Positions 27,481-41,335 of a stretch of DNA of 64,000 nucleotides are shown piece by piece (within the stretch, counting starts at the first letter, position 1; each line of letters begins with the position of its first letter). A program made the translations under genes and the position numbers. The stretch is from Eledone cirrhosa (taxonomy: Eukaryota), in NCBI GenBank assembly GCA_964016885.1, contig OZ024740.1, forward strand, positions 136,152,001-136,216,000. Direction: 5' to 3'. The notes beneath the pieces were generated by a model, which worked only from the letters and a program-made list of their open reading frames with translations, searched no databases and was not told the DNA's origin.

Positions 27481-28759
27481 TATATGGAAGGTAGATATAT
27501 ACCATCAAACACACACTGAGGTGAAATGGTGTGGCAGCAAATAAGTCTTCTCATCAGTCCTGTCGAAATGTTTGCTGATGTCAAGAGCAACAAAATTACT
27601 GATAAGTTTTCAAGGACCTGAGATCACTGATGTATTACGTAAGAGAGCTGATTAGTTAAAACTGTATTACTGGTCACTAAGAAAGAAAACAGAATAAAAT
27701 GAACAAAGAAGGTGATTGTTTGCGACTATTACCAATTTTGATATTTCGGAAGTGAAGGCAATAAATCCGTAGTTACCGGATCAGAGATGTTATTCTTTAG
27801 GGACAGACGACATACTATTGAGTATTTTCATTGATAAAGTTAGATTCTCTAAATGGAGAGTTTCAAGAGATTGAGAAGAAAGGGACGAACTATCACCATT
27901 CACCTTGTTGCACTGGTGCTATCGGAGATGTTTTCACAATTAGACCTCGTACATGGCGTTAGATAGATGGCGTCCAAAAGGACAGTTAGTGAGACTTGTT
28001 GTGTTGAAATCAAAGCAGGTGACAAATGTGATAATTTCTTATTTTACAGTGCTACTTACAGAGCCAACTTAGTTGAAACATACCGAGAAGGAAGATTCTG
28101 CAATTTGAAAGATGAAAGAACTTCCAAGTCGTGTTATGTACGAAAGCATACTTTGCTTTGATGATGGTTATCTTTTAGGCATTGCTACATGGAGGAAGAG
28201 CGGTCTGGGGTTCCTTTCATTCAATGGCTGTCAACTTCAACGACTGATGCTCTGTTACGAGGTCATATGTAACACTCGTTGGTTTTATATGGTAAAAATA
28301 ACTTATATTTAAGGGTTGTCTGGAATCTGAACTTAATACCTTGTTCGAGAATGCAATCAGCTTATGTTGGGTAAATTGGTTTTAACCGGAAACCTAAACT
28401 GGTTTACTGATCTGACCTACTTTTATATATCAATACATAACAATATGGAGGAGGTGATCAGGAAGAAAATCTAATATATTATTGTTATTGTTAAGCCCCA
28501 AGATATCCCTTATCAAGCAAACCTGTGATCAAAGACTTTCCAAACTGAGCAAACTGAGCAAACTGTCTTTTTTTCATGCATAATGCACTTAGGGTTTCAC
28601 TAACTGATGTGTTAATCTTATAGTGAGATATAAGACAAGCAGCCGTATACAAGCTTCTTCGCTTGCTTCAAGATTCTATATATTTAACACAGAAATGTTG
28701 ACGTCCAAGTCTTCTTCAACCTGAAATCGATATTGCGCCCTCGACTACACTAAAGTTTA

Positions 28760-29100
28760 GGCAAAAAACTTAAATGTGAACGAAAAGTAAAAGAAAAAAA
28801 ATATGGGGTATTAAATAACCAATTTTTTCTTGTGTCTGTTGCCATTGATATCACTGATGTCCTCGGAAACAGGACTGTCGTGTTCCTCCACCAAATTAGT
28901 CTGATTGCATTACATATGAGAAGAGAGGTCCATGAGGTAAAATGGCTGATGCAACGGATATCGATGGCTATTCTTCACGACAATTATTTCGCCATCTTGT
29001 CCGCTGGGCGCGGCTGAGAATTGGTATTCAACTGCAAACGCAATGTTTGCCTCTGCCTTTTTTTTTTTTTTTGCTTTTAATTGTTTCATAAATTCTAAAA
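28760..29100 (+). pseudogene. CRE-like non-LTR retrotransposon 3' end (REL endonuclease C-terminus)
   Basis: KEKKY..FFLVSVAID..LG...E.KWLMQRISMAILHDN..ILSAG; resembles the PxAxETxG...QRLSxAxQRGN terminus. Confidence 0.6.
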
Positions 29101-29464
29101 AAATAATTTTAATGTTTTTCAAATGAAAAGTTTACCACAAAAATACGTATGAACCTACGACTTCAAAGTGAATCAGTTGAAAAATGAATATTTTAGTACA
29201 TTTTTTAAAATGTGAAATGACGAAAACAGTTGTATTTGTTTTTCTTGGGGAAAAAAATGCTTAAGTAGCGCATCATCAATATAAACATTCTTTGAACTAG
29301 CAATTTTTTTATGTTTTATAAAATCCTTTCAAGTGAACATGCTGGAATTTCATGTTCTTAATAGTGATGATTAGTCGGAGAAGTAATATCATCATACTAA
29401 TCTTGCAAGCAAGAAAAATGTAGAGGAAAGAAAAAGAAATTGGGCAAAATAAGTAAAATAAGTC

Positions 29465-30750
29465 TTTCTTACGTTGGCACAAGGCTAGCAATTTAGGGAG
29501 AAGGGGGAATTCTATTATATCAATCTCAATTCTTGTCTGATACTTTATTTTGTCGACCTCGGAATAATGAAAGGCAAAGTTGATCTCGGTGGGATTTGAA
29601 CTCAGAATGTAAAGAGCTGTGATAAATACCGAAAAGCATTTGTCTTATACTGTAACGATTCTGCCAATCTACCACCCTCATTCAAAGTAAATATCTATTT
29701 TCTACGTATAAATATGACGAAAAATTTTACTGGAACCAGTAAAAGAATATATAATCTCGAAATTAAAAAGAAACCCAATATTTGTTTGTATTGACAAACA
29801 TCATACGCCAATAGGTAAGGTCCGCGAAACTTTATATTACCTGTGATAAACAATCATTCCATATATGCCGCCTATACTATGTCCAAAGATAAAGAAGTAT
29901 ATTCTGTAGTTTCCCTGCTGTTAATATAAGCGTAAGTTAAGAAGTATGTAGTGAATGTCGTATGCAAGAAAGTCTTAGTCATTAGAAAATTCCCTCGGAA
30001 TTGTAGGTAAAAAGCAAAGGGCTTTTTACTCCTGATAGAGTTGTAGGGGCGCCGTCATGACACACGATGTATCTTGGGCATTATAAATCTGGCGAAACTC
30101 ATCCCTCTCCTAGCTGGAACACAGCCTATTTTATCAAGAGAGAAAGAGATGGGTAAGAATCAACACCAGTACTAGTTCTTCATTTATCGACCTCGAAAGG
30201 ATGAAAGGTAAAGTTGACCTTGGCAAGATTTTAATTCAGAGCTCAAAACGCCTGAATATATACCGTGGTATTTTTAATTCGATGCCTTAATGACTCTGCT
30301 AATTTGCCACCTCATAATTATAGAAAGAGAACAAAATCCTAGAGGTAACTGTTAGCGACTCTCGCAGGAAGGGGGGAGATGATTTAAAGAAATTAATATT
30401 TCATTTCACAGGATTAATTCACATACATAGGAGAAAATCTTACCTACATTCTTCCTTTTTCCCGTAACGCCTGGTGGAATCGTAAGGGCACCGTAATGAT
30501 ATACTGCCTTTCTTGAGCATTTTAAGCCTAGCGGAGCCCATCTTTCTGGGTCTGAATACAGAAGATTTCTTCCAGAGAAGGACAAAGAGTGAGAGAGCGA
30601 GAGAGGAAATTAGAAAGAGAAATAGAGGTTGGTATTTTTTATCGACCTCGAATGAATGATTTGAACTCAGAGATTTGAATGCAGAGAGTCGGAACGAATA
30701 CCGCAAAGCATTCTATCCGACGTTCTAACGCCTCTGCCAATTCGCCGCCT
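29465..30750 (-). mobile_element. Three SINE copies
   Basis: Consensus matches at about 29465-29680, 30165-30315 and 30440-30750. Confidence 0.75.
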
Positions 30751-31964
30751 CTTACCCACACCACTTCATGATAAAACCTTCAAAAATCTTAACATATAAA
30801 CTTCGAAAAACGCTTATCATGATTGGCAGGAACGAGACGAAGATGTGGCGAGTGAGAAGGTTTCAGTAAAGTTGATGATAAATTAAGCGTTTGAGATGCT
30901 CACAAACTACATTCACGAATGACAGCAAAAAATTATTATACATTATAATATGTATGACCATATTACAATTTATTATGAATACACGATGAAACCCTATTAG
31001 AATGGATGATATTGATTATAGAACGTGCTGCTTGTGCGTTATATATTCAAGAATGTGTTTATCGAATGGAAAGTAATTCTATTTTAAATAAGAATGACTG
31101 ACTTTTATGAATAATTATGTTCTTCTCAAGCGAATTGTTGAATTTCATGAATATAATAGTATGTAATACAAACAGATACGAATTGAATACTTGAGAAATC
31201 TATTTTTTTATATATATATTTTTTGTTTCTGTTTTGACTTTATGTTGATGTTGTTTTGTAATACCATGGTGTGTTATGGTTCACTATAAGCAAAATAGAC
31301 AGCACAACAGTTGCAATGTTTTGTATTATAATGTATCCATTGATAAAAAAAAAGTCAACATATTGTATAAATAAAGCTAATCCTGTAAGACTCAAAACAA
31401 GCTGTTTCGTGTCATATGAATTCGAATAGAAAACGTATAATAAATTATAGAGAAATTCTTTAAATATCGGGTTATGCTATCATCATGCCTCATATTCAGT
31501 ACCTTACAAAAACATATCTAACAAAACATGTAGGTGTTCCTGTGCTATCCAGTTTGTTTCTTTGGTTGGTTATTCAAGTCACCGTTCTTGTATGCCAAAG
31601 ACTGTAGCTAAGAAGTTCAAATTGCTAAGAGGAAAAAAATGTTTCCGAATTTTGTTTTTTAGCGAGTTACGTGGACATAAAGTAAACAATATAATCTGAA
31701 AAAAGTAGTGATGGCCTATGTCTACAAATAGTAGAATAAATTGCTTTGTCGTAAGGAAAAGGAAAACATTACATAATGATACCCAATCTATTTATTCTGT
31801 ACTATCGGATAACATAATTCTCTGACAAAAATCTCTGCCTAAAATGTTAGGCTTTTCCGCTTCCTTGCGGCAAACGAATTTATTCCATTTTTGAATTGTC
31901 TATGTTTGAATATGAATTAGTGATCTTCGGTTATAGGAAAAATTATATAGAGTTATACAAACGA

Positions 31965-32670
31965 CGTATTTGGTTGAATCGTTAGAACGACTGGTTAATT
32001 GTCACTGTATTTCTCCCGATTCTCTGAGTTCAAATCCCGTTGAGATCAACGTTGATTTTCATCCTTTTGAGGTCGATAAATAAACTACCTGTCAAAGTGC
32101 GATAGATTAGCGAAATTATGAACGAGTCAGATGATATTATATCTGATCCGGCTCTGCACGTTCTGGGTTCAAACCCGGCTTCTTTCTGATAGAGAGTATC
32201 AGTGATTGAAAGGCCAATGGGAATATTTTCCTTGGTTTGATTTGACAATCGGTTCTGGTGATATGAAAACCGAAATGCATAATATTTACAAAACATAATC
32301 TCTTCTAGTTATTGGTGTCTGCAATACATGTAAATACTAATCACGTAAGAGTCAATCCTCAGTTATCCGAACAAGATTTCAGGGCCCCATGGATATTGAA
32401 TTATCCGTGTCGTGCGTAGAGACGGCGAATTGGCAGAGTCGTTAGAACATCGAAGAGAATGCTTCGCAGTATTCGTTCTGGCTCTCTGTTCTCTGAGTTC
32501 AAATCATGACGAGTTCAACTTTGCCTTTCATCCTTTCGAGGTCGATAAATAAAGAACTGATCCAGGACTGGAGTCGATTTTTCCTCTATATCTCTTTCTC
32601 ACAGCTCTTTTTCTCTCTCTCTCACTCTCTGTCCTCTGGAAGAAATCGGTTGTGTTCAGACCTCCAAAAG
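31965..32670 (+). mobile_element. SINE copies and tRNA-like heads
   Basis: B-box motifs g..ttcaaa at about 32026, 32166 and 32495, with family cores after the first and third. Confidence 0.7.
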
Positions 32671-33203
32671 CGAGGACAAACAAAGAAGGGTAAAGGCTGC
32701 AAGGCGATTTGCAGCAACACCACCACCATCACCACCACAAGCATCACCACCAACAACAACCACACCACCACCAGTATCACCAAAATAGCAACATCGCAAA
32801 CACAACAAAGCACACACACCCAACAGCAACAACAAGAAAATAGTAACAAAACTACCTCCACCCCAAAAAAGTACACAGCCATAAACACTGCACACAAAGG
32901 ATTAATGGAACATACGTATAAAACAGCACACAGATATTTCAAACTTAAATTATCACACCCCACCAACACCAAAAACATTACCTAAGAACATTACAATTGT
33001 TGAAATTAAACTGGAAGACTATAAACAATTAAAGTAAAAATTCCCCAACTGCGTTGGGGATTTCAGGGGTTCGCTCTCCAAGAGAATCTATACAGATATC
33101 ATCTTGGAGACACCCATGACCAGCCGAAGGGACGGTTCTACTGTCCCTTCTCCACACGATCAAGGTAAGTGATCCTTTCTCACTTACCTGTTCCTCACCC
33201 AAC

Positions 33204-35416
33204 ATGGTCGTACTCAGAATAGGCAGTGTAAATGTACGTGGCCTGGGATCATCTTGGAAGCAGGGTCACCTGTTCAACGACATCAGATGTGGTGGCCATC
33301 AGCGAGACCAGAATCTCCGAAGCACGAGCCTTCGCATCGATCTTCGGCAGCTACGATGTATACGCATCTCTCAGCCGTCCAGGATCGGGGAGGGGGGAGG
33401 GGGGAGTTGCTGTGCTTTTTCGGGCCATCTTCCTGGACCCAGAAGGTAAGTCGGTGGTGCTGGACGTGACTCGCAGCGAAGGCAATGCTTTCAGGCTAGT
33501 AGCCGTCTACGCCCCAACAGGGGCAGGACGGCCGGATTTCTTCAGACGTCTTTAGTGTTAGTGGGCGACTGGAACGGTATCTTAGATGCACGCTGAGATT
33601 ATGTGGGGCTAGTAGACAGGGGAGGAGGATGTAAAAGCCTCAACAACCTGCTCAGACGTTTTGAACTGTCTGACAGGTATAGACTGGATTATCCGAATGT
33701 GCCAATGTGGACATGGGAAAACCGCATCGGGTCATCCAGATCATATTTAGATAGGGTATTCTGTAGGAAAACATATAAAGCTAGTTAGGTTGTCCACAAT
33801 TTAAAGTAGTCGACTACACGGACCACAAATTTGTGATCTGTGAAGTTGACTTAGATAGACTCCACAGGCAAAGGCCCAGTTACTGGAAACAGCTGAACGC
33901 GTCGTTCCCGGCGCGCAAAGCTTAGAGACTGGATTAGCGAATTAGTTAAGCGTGCGTTGACGGGTGCGATCGTCAACAACAGGTGGTGGTTTACCCTGAA
34001 AAAGGCTATTAGAGTAGAATCGACAAGGTTTAGCAAAGGAGTAGTGATAGAGGAAAATAGAGTAGAGAGAGAGTTAGTTAGAAAGCTTGAAGAGGCGTTT
34101 AGGACAGGCATCGCAACCGACGTGCTTGCGGCGAGATTGGCCCTCGACCAATTCTTCAACGCAAAGCATGAAGGCTGCGTTGTCAGAGCTAGAGCACGTG
34201 CTCTGAGACACGAGGGGACAAAAGCCGTTCAATTGGCCCGTGTGGTGGAGGCGCGACGTGGCTACAAGTCCACAATTCGGTCTTTGCCTGATCAAAACGG
34301 GCGCATGTTCCTCGAACCTGAGCAGATGTGTGTGGCTTTTCAACAGCACTTTGCTCAATTGTTCGGGAGCAGCGGCGGGCCGGATCGGAGTATTGACTTC
34401 GGTGCCTATCTCGACGGACTGCCGCGACTCTCGAGGACCGCAGTGCGTTGCTGCGAAAAGCCCATAACAGCAGGTGAAATACGGGAAGCAATGTCTGACT
34501 GCACGAGGGGTAAATCGCCAGGTCTGGATGGTCTACTCTACGAGCTTTATGTGTATATGCCAGACTTGTTTGGTGATCTCTTTGCAGATTTCTAATGCAA
34601 CTGGCAGCAGAAGGGGAGCATTCCCAGTTTTGTGAGCCGGGGAGCGGTGGCGTTGCTGAGAAAAGACCCGAACAGGGGGGATGTTATAGACAACTTCAGG
34701 CCCATAACTCTGTTAAACGCAGAGTTTAAGATTTTGGCCAAGGTGTTAGCAAAGAGATTGGCGCTTGTCGTCGGTGATCTGGTGGGAGAGGTGCAGACAT
34801 GCTCCATTCCAAACAGATCCATCCACGACAACTTCCATCTCATGCGACACATCATCGAGAGGGTGGTTAAGGAACCTGGCACGGGTGGGCCCTGATCAAC
34901 TTGGATCAATCTAAAGCATTTGATAAGTACCATCGGTACCTGGCTGCGGTTCTCAAGGCGGCCGGCTTCGAGCCCGTTTTTAGGGGCTGGATTGCTGCGA
35001 TGCACAGCGACATCTGCTCGATTGTGAGGGTAAATGGTCACCTATCACAGCCTTTCAGCATCATGCGCTCGGTCCGCCAGGGTTGTCCCCTCTCGTCCCT
35101 CTTGTACGTATTGGCCCTCAAGCCGTTACTGCACAAATTAGAGACGATGAGGAGGGGTGGGGGTTCCACGCGAATTGGGATGCAGGAGATCCGTGTCAGC
35201 GTACGCCGACGACGTCACCGTGGTGGTGTCGAGCACCAAACACGTCCATATGCTCGGCACTGCTCTCAAGCAATACGAAACGGTGACAGGAGCAAAGATA
35301 AACTAGGAAAAGTCGGTGGGCTTGCAACTTAGCACCTGGAGAGGCAAGTCCATGCCGTCCGACAGCGTCGTGGGGCGCTGGACGAAAGGACCGATTAAAT
35401 TGCTCTGGGTGTGGTT
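33204..35416 (+). pseudogene. Tx1/L1-clade LINE ORF2 remnant (APE endonuclease + RT)
   Basis: SVNVRGL, VAISET, GGVAVLF, VYAP, GDWN, SYLDRVF, KSPGLDGL, FRPITLLNAEFKILAKVLA, DQSKAFD, SVRQGCPLS and YADD, with multiple stops and frameshifts. Confidence 0.9.
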
Positions 35417-35744
35417 ATATTACTTATAATTTAAATTTATTTATTCAAATTTTCGCTTCCTCATTTAACGCTGCTATTGTATTTTAAATTTGTAAAATAT
35501 GTCATGAAAGCGTCCCTGTGTGCTTGTTCAACTTCAAAGAAACTATAACAGCTAATAAAAATTGTTATGGCCAATTTTGATGTTGTTAATTCTTCACTTC
35601 TAACAGAGTGTTATGCTTGAAATGTTAATGAAGGTGATAATCTCACAATCTCTTTGTTTTCTGACACTTAGTTTTGATATTGTTATTGTTATTATTATTA
35701 TAATCATTATTTTGTTTTCCCCCTGTCTTATTCGAAATGCGTTC

Positions 35745-37425
35745 TCTCAGGATAGGCAGTATAAATTCAAGTGTCCTTGGATCATCTTGGAAGCAAGGCC
35801 ACCTGCTCAACGATCTCAGGTCGCTAAACATAGATGTGGTGGTCATCAGCGAGACCAGAATCTCCTAGGCACGAGCATTCGTACCCATTTAAGGCGACTA
35901 CGGGGTTTACGCATCTCCAAGCCGTCTCGGATCTGGGGCGGAGTGGCAGTGTTGTTCCGGAGAGGTCTGGATCTTGGGATCCGGGCAATCTTCTTGGAGC
36001 CAGAAGGTAAATTGGTAGTGCTGGATGCGACCAGTGGAGATGGGCACGCTTTCAGGCTAGTGGATGTCTATGCTACGACAGGGGAAAGACGGCCTGATTT
36101 CTTCCAGCGCCTGGAGACCTTTCTTGGAAAGTCGCGCACTGTAATGTTAATGGGCGAATGGAACGGGATCTTGGATGCACGCTGGAACTGTGTGGGGCTA
36201 GCGGATAGGGGAGGAGGGTGTAAAAGTCCCGCAAACCTGCTCAAACATTTCCGACTGTCTGACAAATACCGTCTGGATTTCTCGAATGTGCCAATGTGGA
36301 CATGAACAAACCGAATTGGGTCATCCAGATCGTATCTTGATAGGGTATATTGTAGGGAAATAGATAGGTATAGCATAGGTTGTCCACAATTCAAGATCGA
36401 CTACATAGACCACAAATTTGTGATCTGTGCTATCGACTTAGATAGGCTTCATAGACAGAGACCCAGCTACTGGAAGCTGAATGCCTCGCTCCCGGAGAGC
36501 AAAGTCGACAGAGACCGAATTAGTGAATTAGTTAAGCGGGTGGTTTTCCCTGAAAAAGACGATCAAAGTAGAATCCGTAGGTTTAGCAAGGCTATAGTGC
36601 TAGAATAGACAAGAAGGAGAACTAGTTAGAAAACTAGCGGAGGCGCTTAGAAAAGGCATCGCGAACGACGTGCAAGCGGCCAAATTGGCCCTCGACCAAT
36701 TCTTCAACGCTAAGCACGAACTCTGCGTTGTTAGAGCTAGGCCGCGTGCACTAAGACACGAAGGGACGAAAGCCGTTCAATGATCCCGAGTGGTGGAGGC
36801 GCAGCGTGGCAACAAAGCCACGATCGGGTCTTTGGCGCATCATGACCGGCGCATGTTAGTCGATCTCGAGCAGATGTGTGCGGCCTTTCAGCAGCAGTTC
36901 GTTCAACTGTTCGGGAGCAGTGGCTGCCGGATCGCGGAGAGGACTTTAGTCCCTATCTCGACGGCCTACCGCGGATCTCGGCGACGGAGGTGGAGTGCGA
37001 CGAAAGCCGATAACTGCCGCTGTGATTCGAGAGGCAATGACTAGCTGCGTGAGGGGCAAATCGCCTGGTTTGAATGGTCTGCCCTACGTGCTTCACGTCA
37101 CATACCAGACTTGTTCGGTGACCTCTTGACAGACGTCTACTGCAACTGGCAGTAGAACGGGAGGATTCCCGGCTCTGTGAGCCGAGGAGCGGTGGCGCTG
37201 CTGCTAAAGTACCTGAACAAGGCGGACAACGTAGATAATCACACAGAGTTCAAAGTTTTGGCCAAGGTATTAGCAACGATGTTGGCGCTTGTCGTCGGTG
37301 GTCTGGTGGAAGAGGCGCATACATGCACCATTCTAAACAGATCAATCCACGACAACCTCCACCTCATACAATACATCATGGAGAGGGTAGCTAAGGAATC
37401 TGACACAGGTGGGACCCTGATTAGT
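35745..37425 (+). pseudogene. Second, diverged Tx1/L1-clade ORF2 remnant
   Basis: Colinear paralogue of 33204-34900 (GGVAVLFRRG..RAIFLEPEGK, YWKLNASL, KVLAKVLA, NRSIHDNLH). Confidence 0.88.
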
Positions 37426-37765
37426 TTGCCTTTCATCTTTTCGAGGTCGACAAATAAAGTACCAGTTCGAGGATAGTGAGTTAGTGGAATTGTTAGAGTC
37501 AGGAGGGTATCTGACCCAGCTATATGTGTCCTGTATTCAAATCCCGCCTCTTTTCGCCGGGAGTTTTGACTGGCAGAATTTAGCCACAAGGCCAAAAATT
37601 CGAGGTGGGGAGAAGTCGATTAAATCTGTACTTTATTTTATCGGTCCCGTAAGGATGAAAAGCAAAGTTAACTTCGGCAGGATTTGAACTCAGAACGTAA
37701 ATGGACGTAACTACATGCCGTAAAACATGTCCGACGTTCTACCAATGCTGTCAATCCACCCAGCC
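37425..37765. mobile_element. SINE fragments in both orientations
   Basis: Core at 37425-37465 (+), a tRNA-like head at about 37470-37560, and a copy at about 37580-37760 (-). Confidence 0.7.
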
Positions 37766-37899
37766 AGATAATATCAGCTTAAAATAGAAGTGATCATTCA
37801 TTGCAGTCAAGCAGCTACTAGAAAAAGCCTTGAAAAAGTCAAGGCTTAGTTAAGGCTTCACCTTCCCAAGGGAAGGGTAAAATACACTGACAACAATAC

Positions 37900-37960
<61 letters not shown>

Positions 37961-37963
<3 letters not shown>

Positions 37964-38029
37964 TTAGCCGCTGTAAAAAAATAGGTTACTAAAAATAGTT
38001 AACAAAAATAATTAACCTTCAAAGAAATT

Positions 38030-38063
<34 letters not shown>

Positions 38064-38156
38064 CAAATTTCTTTGAAGGTTAATTATTTTTGTTAATTAT
38101 TTTTAGTAACCAGTTACATAAATAGTTAACAAAAATAATTAACCTTCAAAGAAATT

Positions 38157-38226
<70 letters not shown>

Positions 38227-38297
38227 CAAATTTCTTTGAAGGTTAATTATTTTTGTTAACTATTTTTAGTAACCTACTTTTTTACAGCGGCTAAATA
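37961..38297. repeat. Nested inverted repeats centred on (AT)n
   Basis: An approximately 70-bp arm is arranged A-(AT)n-A'-A(part)-(AT)n-A'. Confidence 0.9.
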
Positions 38298-38924
38298 TTT
38301 TTTAAAAAAACGAAAAGAACGTCCACAAATCAATAATGTGAAAAGAATTCTTAATGTTTACTTAGAACATTTAAATTCGGTATTGTTAAGGTCACACAAA
38401 TACGTGCAGTGACACACATATAGATTGAGAGAATGTGTAGAGCAAATATGAGGGACATTTTTGCTGTGTCCCTGATATTTTAAAATTTTCAATCGATTAA
38501 AAGCTATTTAGCGTCTGACATTGGTTCATCGAATTCTGATATTTGTTATTTGCTTTGTTTGTTTTCTAACAAATATGATACCAAACCATAATTAACCGAA
38601 TTTTGGTGGGTGGTAATATTGACAAATTTGTTTCCGATCATCGGCACTGTATTGTGTCCGTGGCCAAGAAACTTCGTGTCCTGAAATCCTGTCAATCAAA
38701 ATGCAAATTGATTGTAACAGAGGTTTCGTTAGCTTGCACAGCTGGCTTCAGATATTTCCTTGAGCCACGAATAGATAACTGATAACTTTCAAGTATCTTC
38801 TTCTCAAAGAAATCTCGATATTAGCGGTATGAGGGGGCCGGTTTCTTCGATATAAATAAAGAAGACATAAGCAACATATGTAAGGAGGAACACTGATATA
38901 AAGTCAGACATCCAAATATTAATG

Positions 38925-39660
38925 TAGTCGGGCAACAAGAAGCTGTCCATCGATCCCATACTCCTACAGAACCTGCCACAGCAGGTCCCGTAGAAAGCGG
39001 CCGTATGTCTTTTCGAATGCCCTACTATTTGTGTTTGGATAAATGGTGCTAAATCGAAACCATTCAATGTGGGAGTTGGACTCCGCCAAGGGTGCACACT
39101 GTTACCTCTCCTGTTCATAATCTTCATGAACTGGATTGACATGCACAGCTAGGTTGGAAATGGTATCACGACTGGCGGGTGTAAGTCAGTCGGCTGGAAT
39201 TTGCGGACGGCATGGAATTACTTAACTCGTGAGAAGGGGATCTCCGACACGCACTTGACGGCGAGAGCTCCACGTCTAGAGTGTAAATCAGTGCTGCAAA
39301 GACTGAACCACTCGTCTTCTCAAGTAAGCTTGCGCAGTGCACTCTACATGTGAGTGGAGCTCTACTGAAGCAGGTAGAGAAATTTAAATATCTCGGGGTT
39401 ATGTTCACGTGTGATGGAAGGCAAGAGGCTGAATTAAGTGCAAGAATTGCAGGAGCTGGTGCAGTAATGCGCCTGAATCAATATTCGGCATTCAGAAAAG
39501 GGGGGTAGGTGTAAAAGCCAAAATCGCTATCTTCAATACGATATTCCTGCCAATTCTTAACTATGGTCATGAATCTTAGATAATGACCGAAAAAATATGA
39601 TCACGAATACAAGCGGCTGAAAGTGTCTTTGGAGTAACGTTACTCGATAGAATGCGTAAC
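38925..39660 (+). pseudogene. RTE-clade LINE RT fragment with an inverted 5' piece
   Basis: Plus strand: VGLRQGCTL.PLLFIIFMNWID, LEFAD, VEKFKYLGV. Minus strand at 38925-39017: FEKTYGRFLRDLLWQVL*EYGIDGQLL. Confidence 0.8.
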
Positions 39661-39664
39661 AATA

Positions 39665-39872
39665 CGGCACAATTATTTCACCTCAATTGGCCCCGCTCCC
39701 TTCAACATAATACCAAAACACATTAAAACAGAAACAGACTCCATAAAGTTCAAGAAGTCTTTGGCCATGGTGCCCAAATCCTGATTTGAAAGACTTCGCC
39801 AGGTGGTGCCATTTAGTTAGACATGGCCTGGGCCAATACTGGCCAAAACCTATCAAAGTTATCAAAGTTATT
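39665..39872 (+). pseudogene. CR1-like LINE extreme 3' end
   Basis: FNIIPKHIKTETDSIKFKKSL resembles the C-terminus of the CR1 copy at about 44760-44850; tandem tail (tatcaaagt). Confidence 0.55.
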
Positions 39873-40338
39873 ATTAGGCTACAGCCAGCCACACAAATCT
39901 GTAACATATCCTGAACAAGCAATGCCTGTGCTTTGAAGGTTTTTGTTTAGTGGGGAAAGGCCTTGAACTCGACCAATCCCACTCTCTGAGCATCAAAAAC
40001 ACTACCCGAAAAGGAGAACTGGTCAACATCATCTTTTATCACGAAAGAACTGGTACACCTCTATGCAGTCCCTCAACCAACGAAAACAGTAACGAAATCT
40101 TCCTTTAATTACACTCCAGCGTCTCAAATATAGAAATTACCCATTTGATGATATACTCCCAGATATCCCTTGAAAACAGGAATGTCTCTGATCATAGAAA
40201 TGCTCGATCAGGATTGACGTAGGGTTAACGTTTTATTGATTCAAATAGTTTTAAAGTACAAACTCTTGAGAATCAATTGTGGTTGTATAAATAGTAATGA
40301 GAATATCAGTTGACTGATCATTATCTAAATGTCATAAT

Positions 40339-40518
40339 TGTTTCTACTTTTGGCACAAGGCCAGCAATTACCCAGTGTATTACTGGTACTTTATTTTATC
40401 GACCCCATAAGGATGAAAGGCAAAGTTAACCTCGGCGGGATTTGAACTCAGAATGGCAAGGGCCATAACTCTATGCGTCAAAGCATGGCGTCCGACCCTC
40501 TACCGATACTGCCAATCC
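40339..40518 (-). mobile_element. Young major-family SINE with TSD
   Basis: Nearly identical to 63160-63348; aatgtcataat is duplicated at 40328-40338 and 40519-40529. Confidence 0.9.
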
Positions 40519-41039
40519 AATGTCATAATGTAAGCAATAAAGCACTGTTTGATTGGTGTTGTTGCATTAGTTTGCAATATTTTACTCAAATTTTCTCATT
40601 CGTTCATGAAGGCAAAATAGATGTATTCATATCGCCTTGACATCTGTTTGTTTGTTTTCGTGCTCGCATGTTTGACATCTGCAAATACGTCTCCATAATC
40701 TTAGTCCTGCTTCATCTTACCGACTAGGCACTATATTCACCGATCTGATCGAATCAGTTCCGTTCAAATCTTCTTTGGTTTATTTTTCTACGTGGTATAA
40801 CTCTCATTCAAGACACTTTGTTTTATCGGTATAAATCACTGGTTTACTAAGACAACTGTTTCATCTGAATATGTCAGCCAGTGTATGTTAATACTCAACT
40901 GCGTTCTCAACTCTTATACACTTAGCTGTTCATATATATTTAAGTTCTGAATGTACCACGCGTACTTTATTTGTGTACAGTCTTGACAGTCTCAACCATA
41001 TAACACTACATATCTTATACACGTGTATTATAATCTAGG

Positions 41040-41335
41040 ACTTTGCCTTTCATCCTTACGGGGTCGATAAAATAAAGTACCAGTAATGCACTGGGTAATT
41101 GCTGGCCTTGTGCCAAAAGTAGAAACAATTATAATCTAGGGGCAGTGGATTGGCGGTATCGGTAGAGAGTCGGACACCATGCTTTGCAGCATAGAGTTAC
41201 GGCCCTTTATGATCTGAGTTCAAATCCCGCCGGGGTTAACTTTGCCTTTCATCCTTACGGGGTTGATAAAATAAAGTACCAGTAATGCACTGGGTAATTG
41301 CTGGCCTTGTGCCAAAAGTAGAAACAATTATAATC
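41040..41335 (+). mobile_element. Tandem pair of major-family SINEs
   Basis: A 5'-truncated copy then a full copy; ttataatcta occurs at all three junctions. Confidence 0.88.

Noticed and set aside
32506-32985. Thr-rich 159-aa ORF as a mucin-like gene
   Set aside because: It starts inside a SINE and runs through (CAC/CAA) low-complexity sequence; at most a remnant upstream of the Tx1 ORF2.
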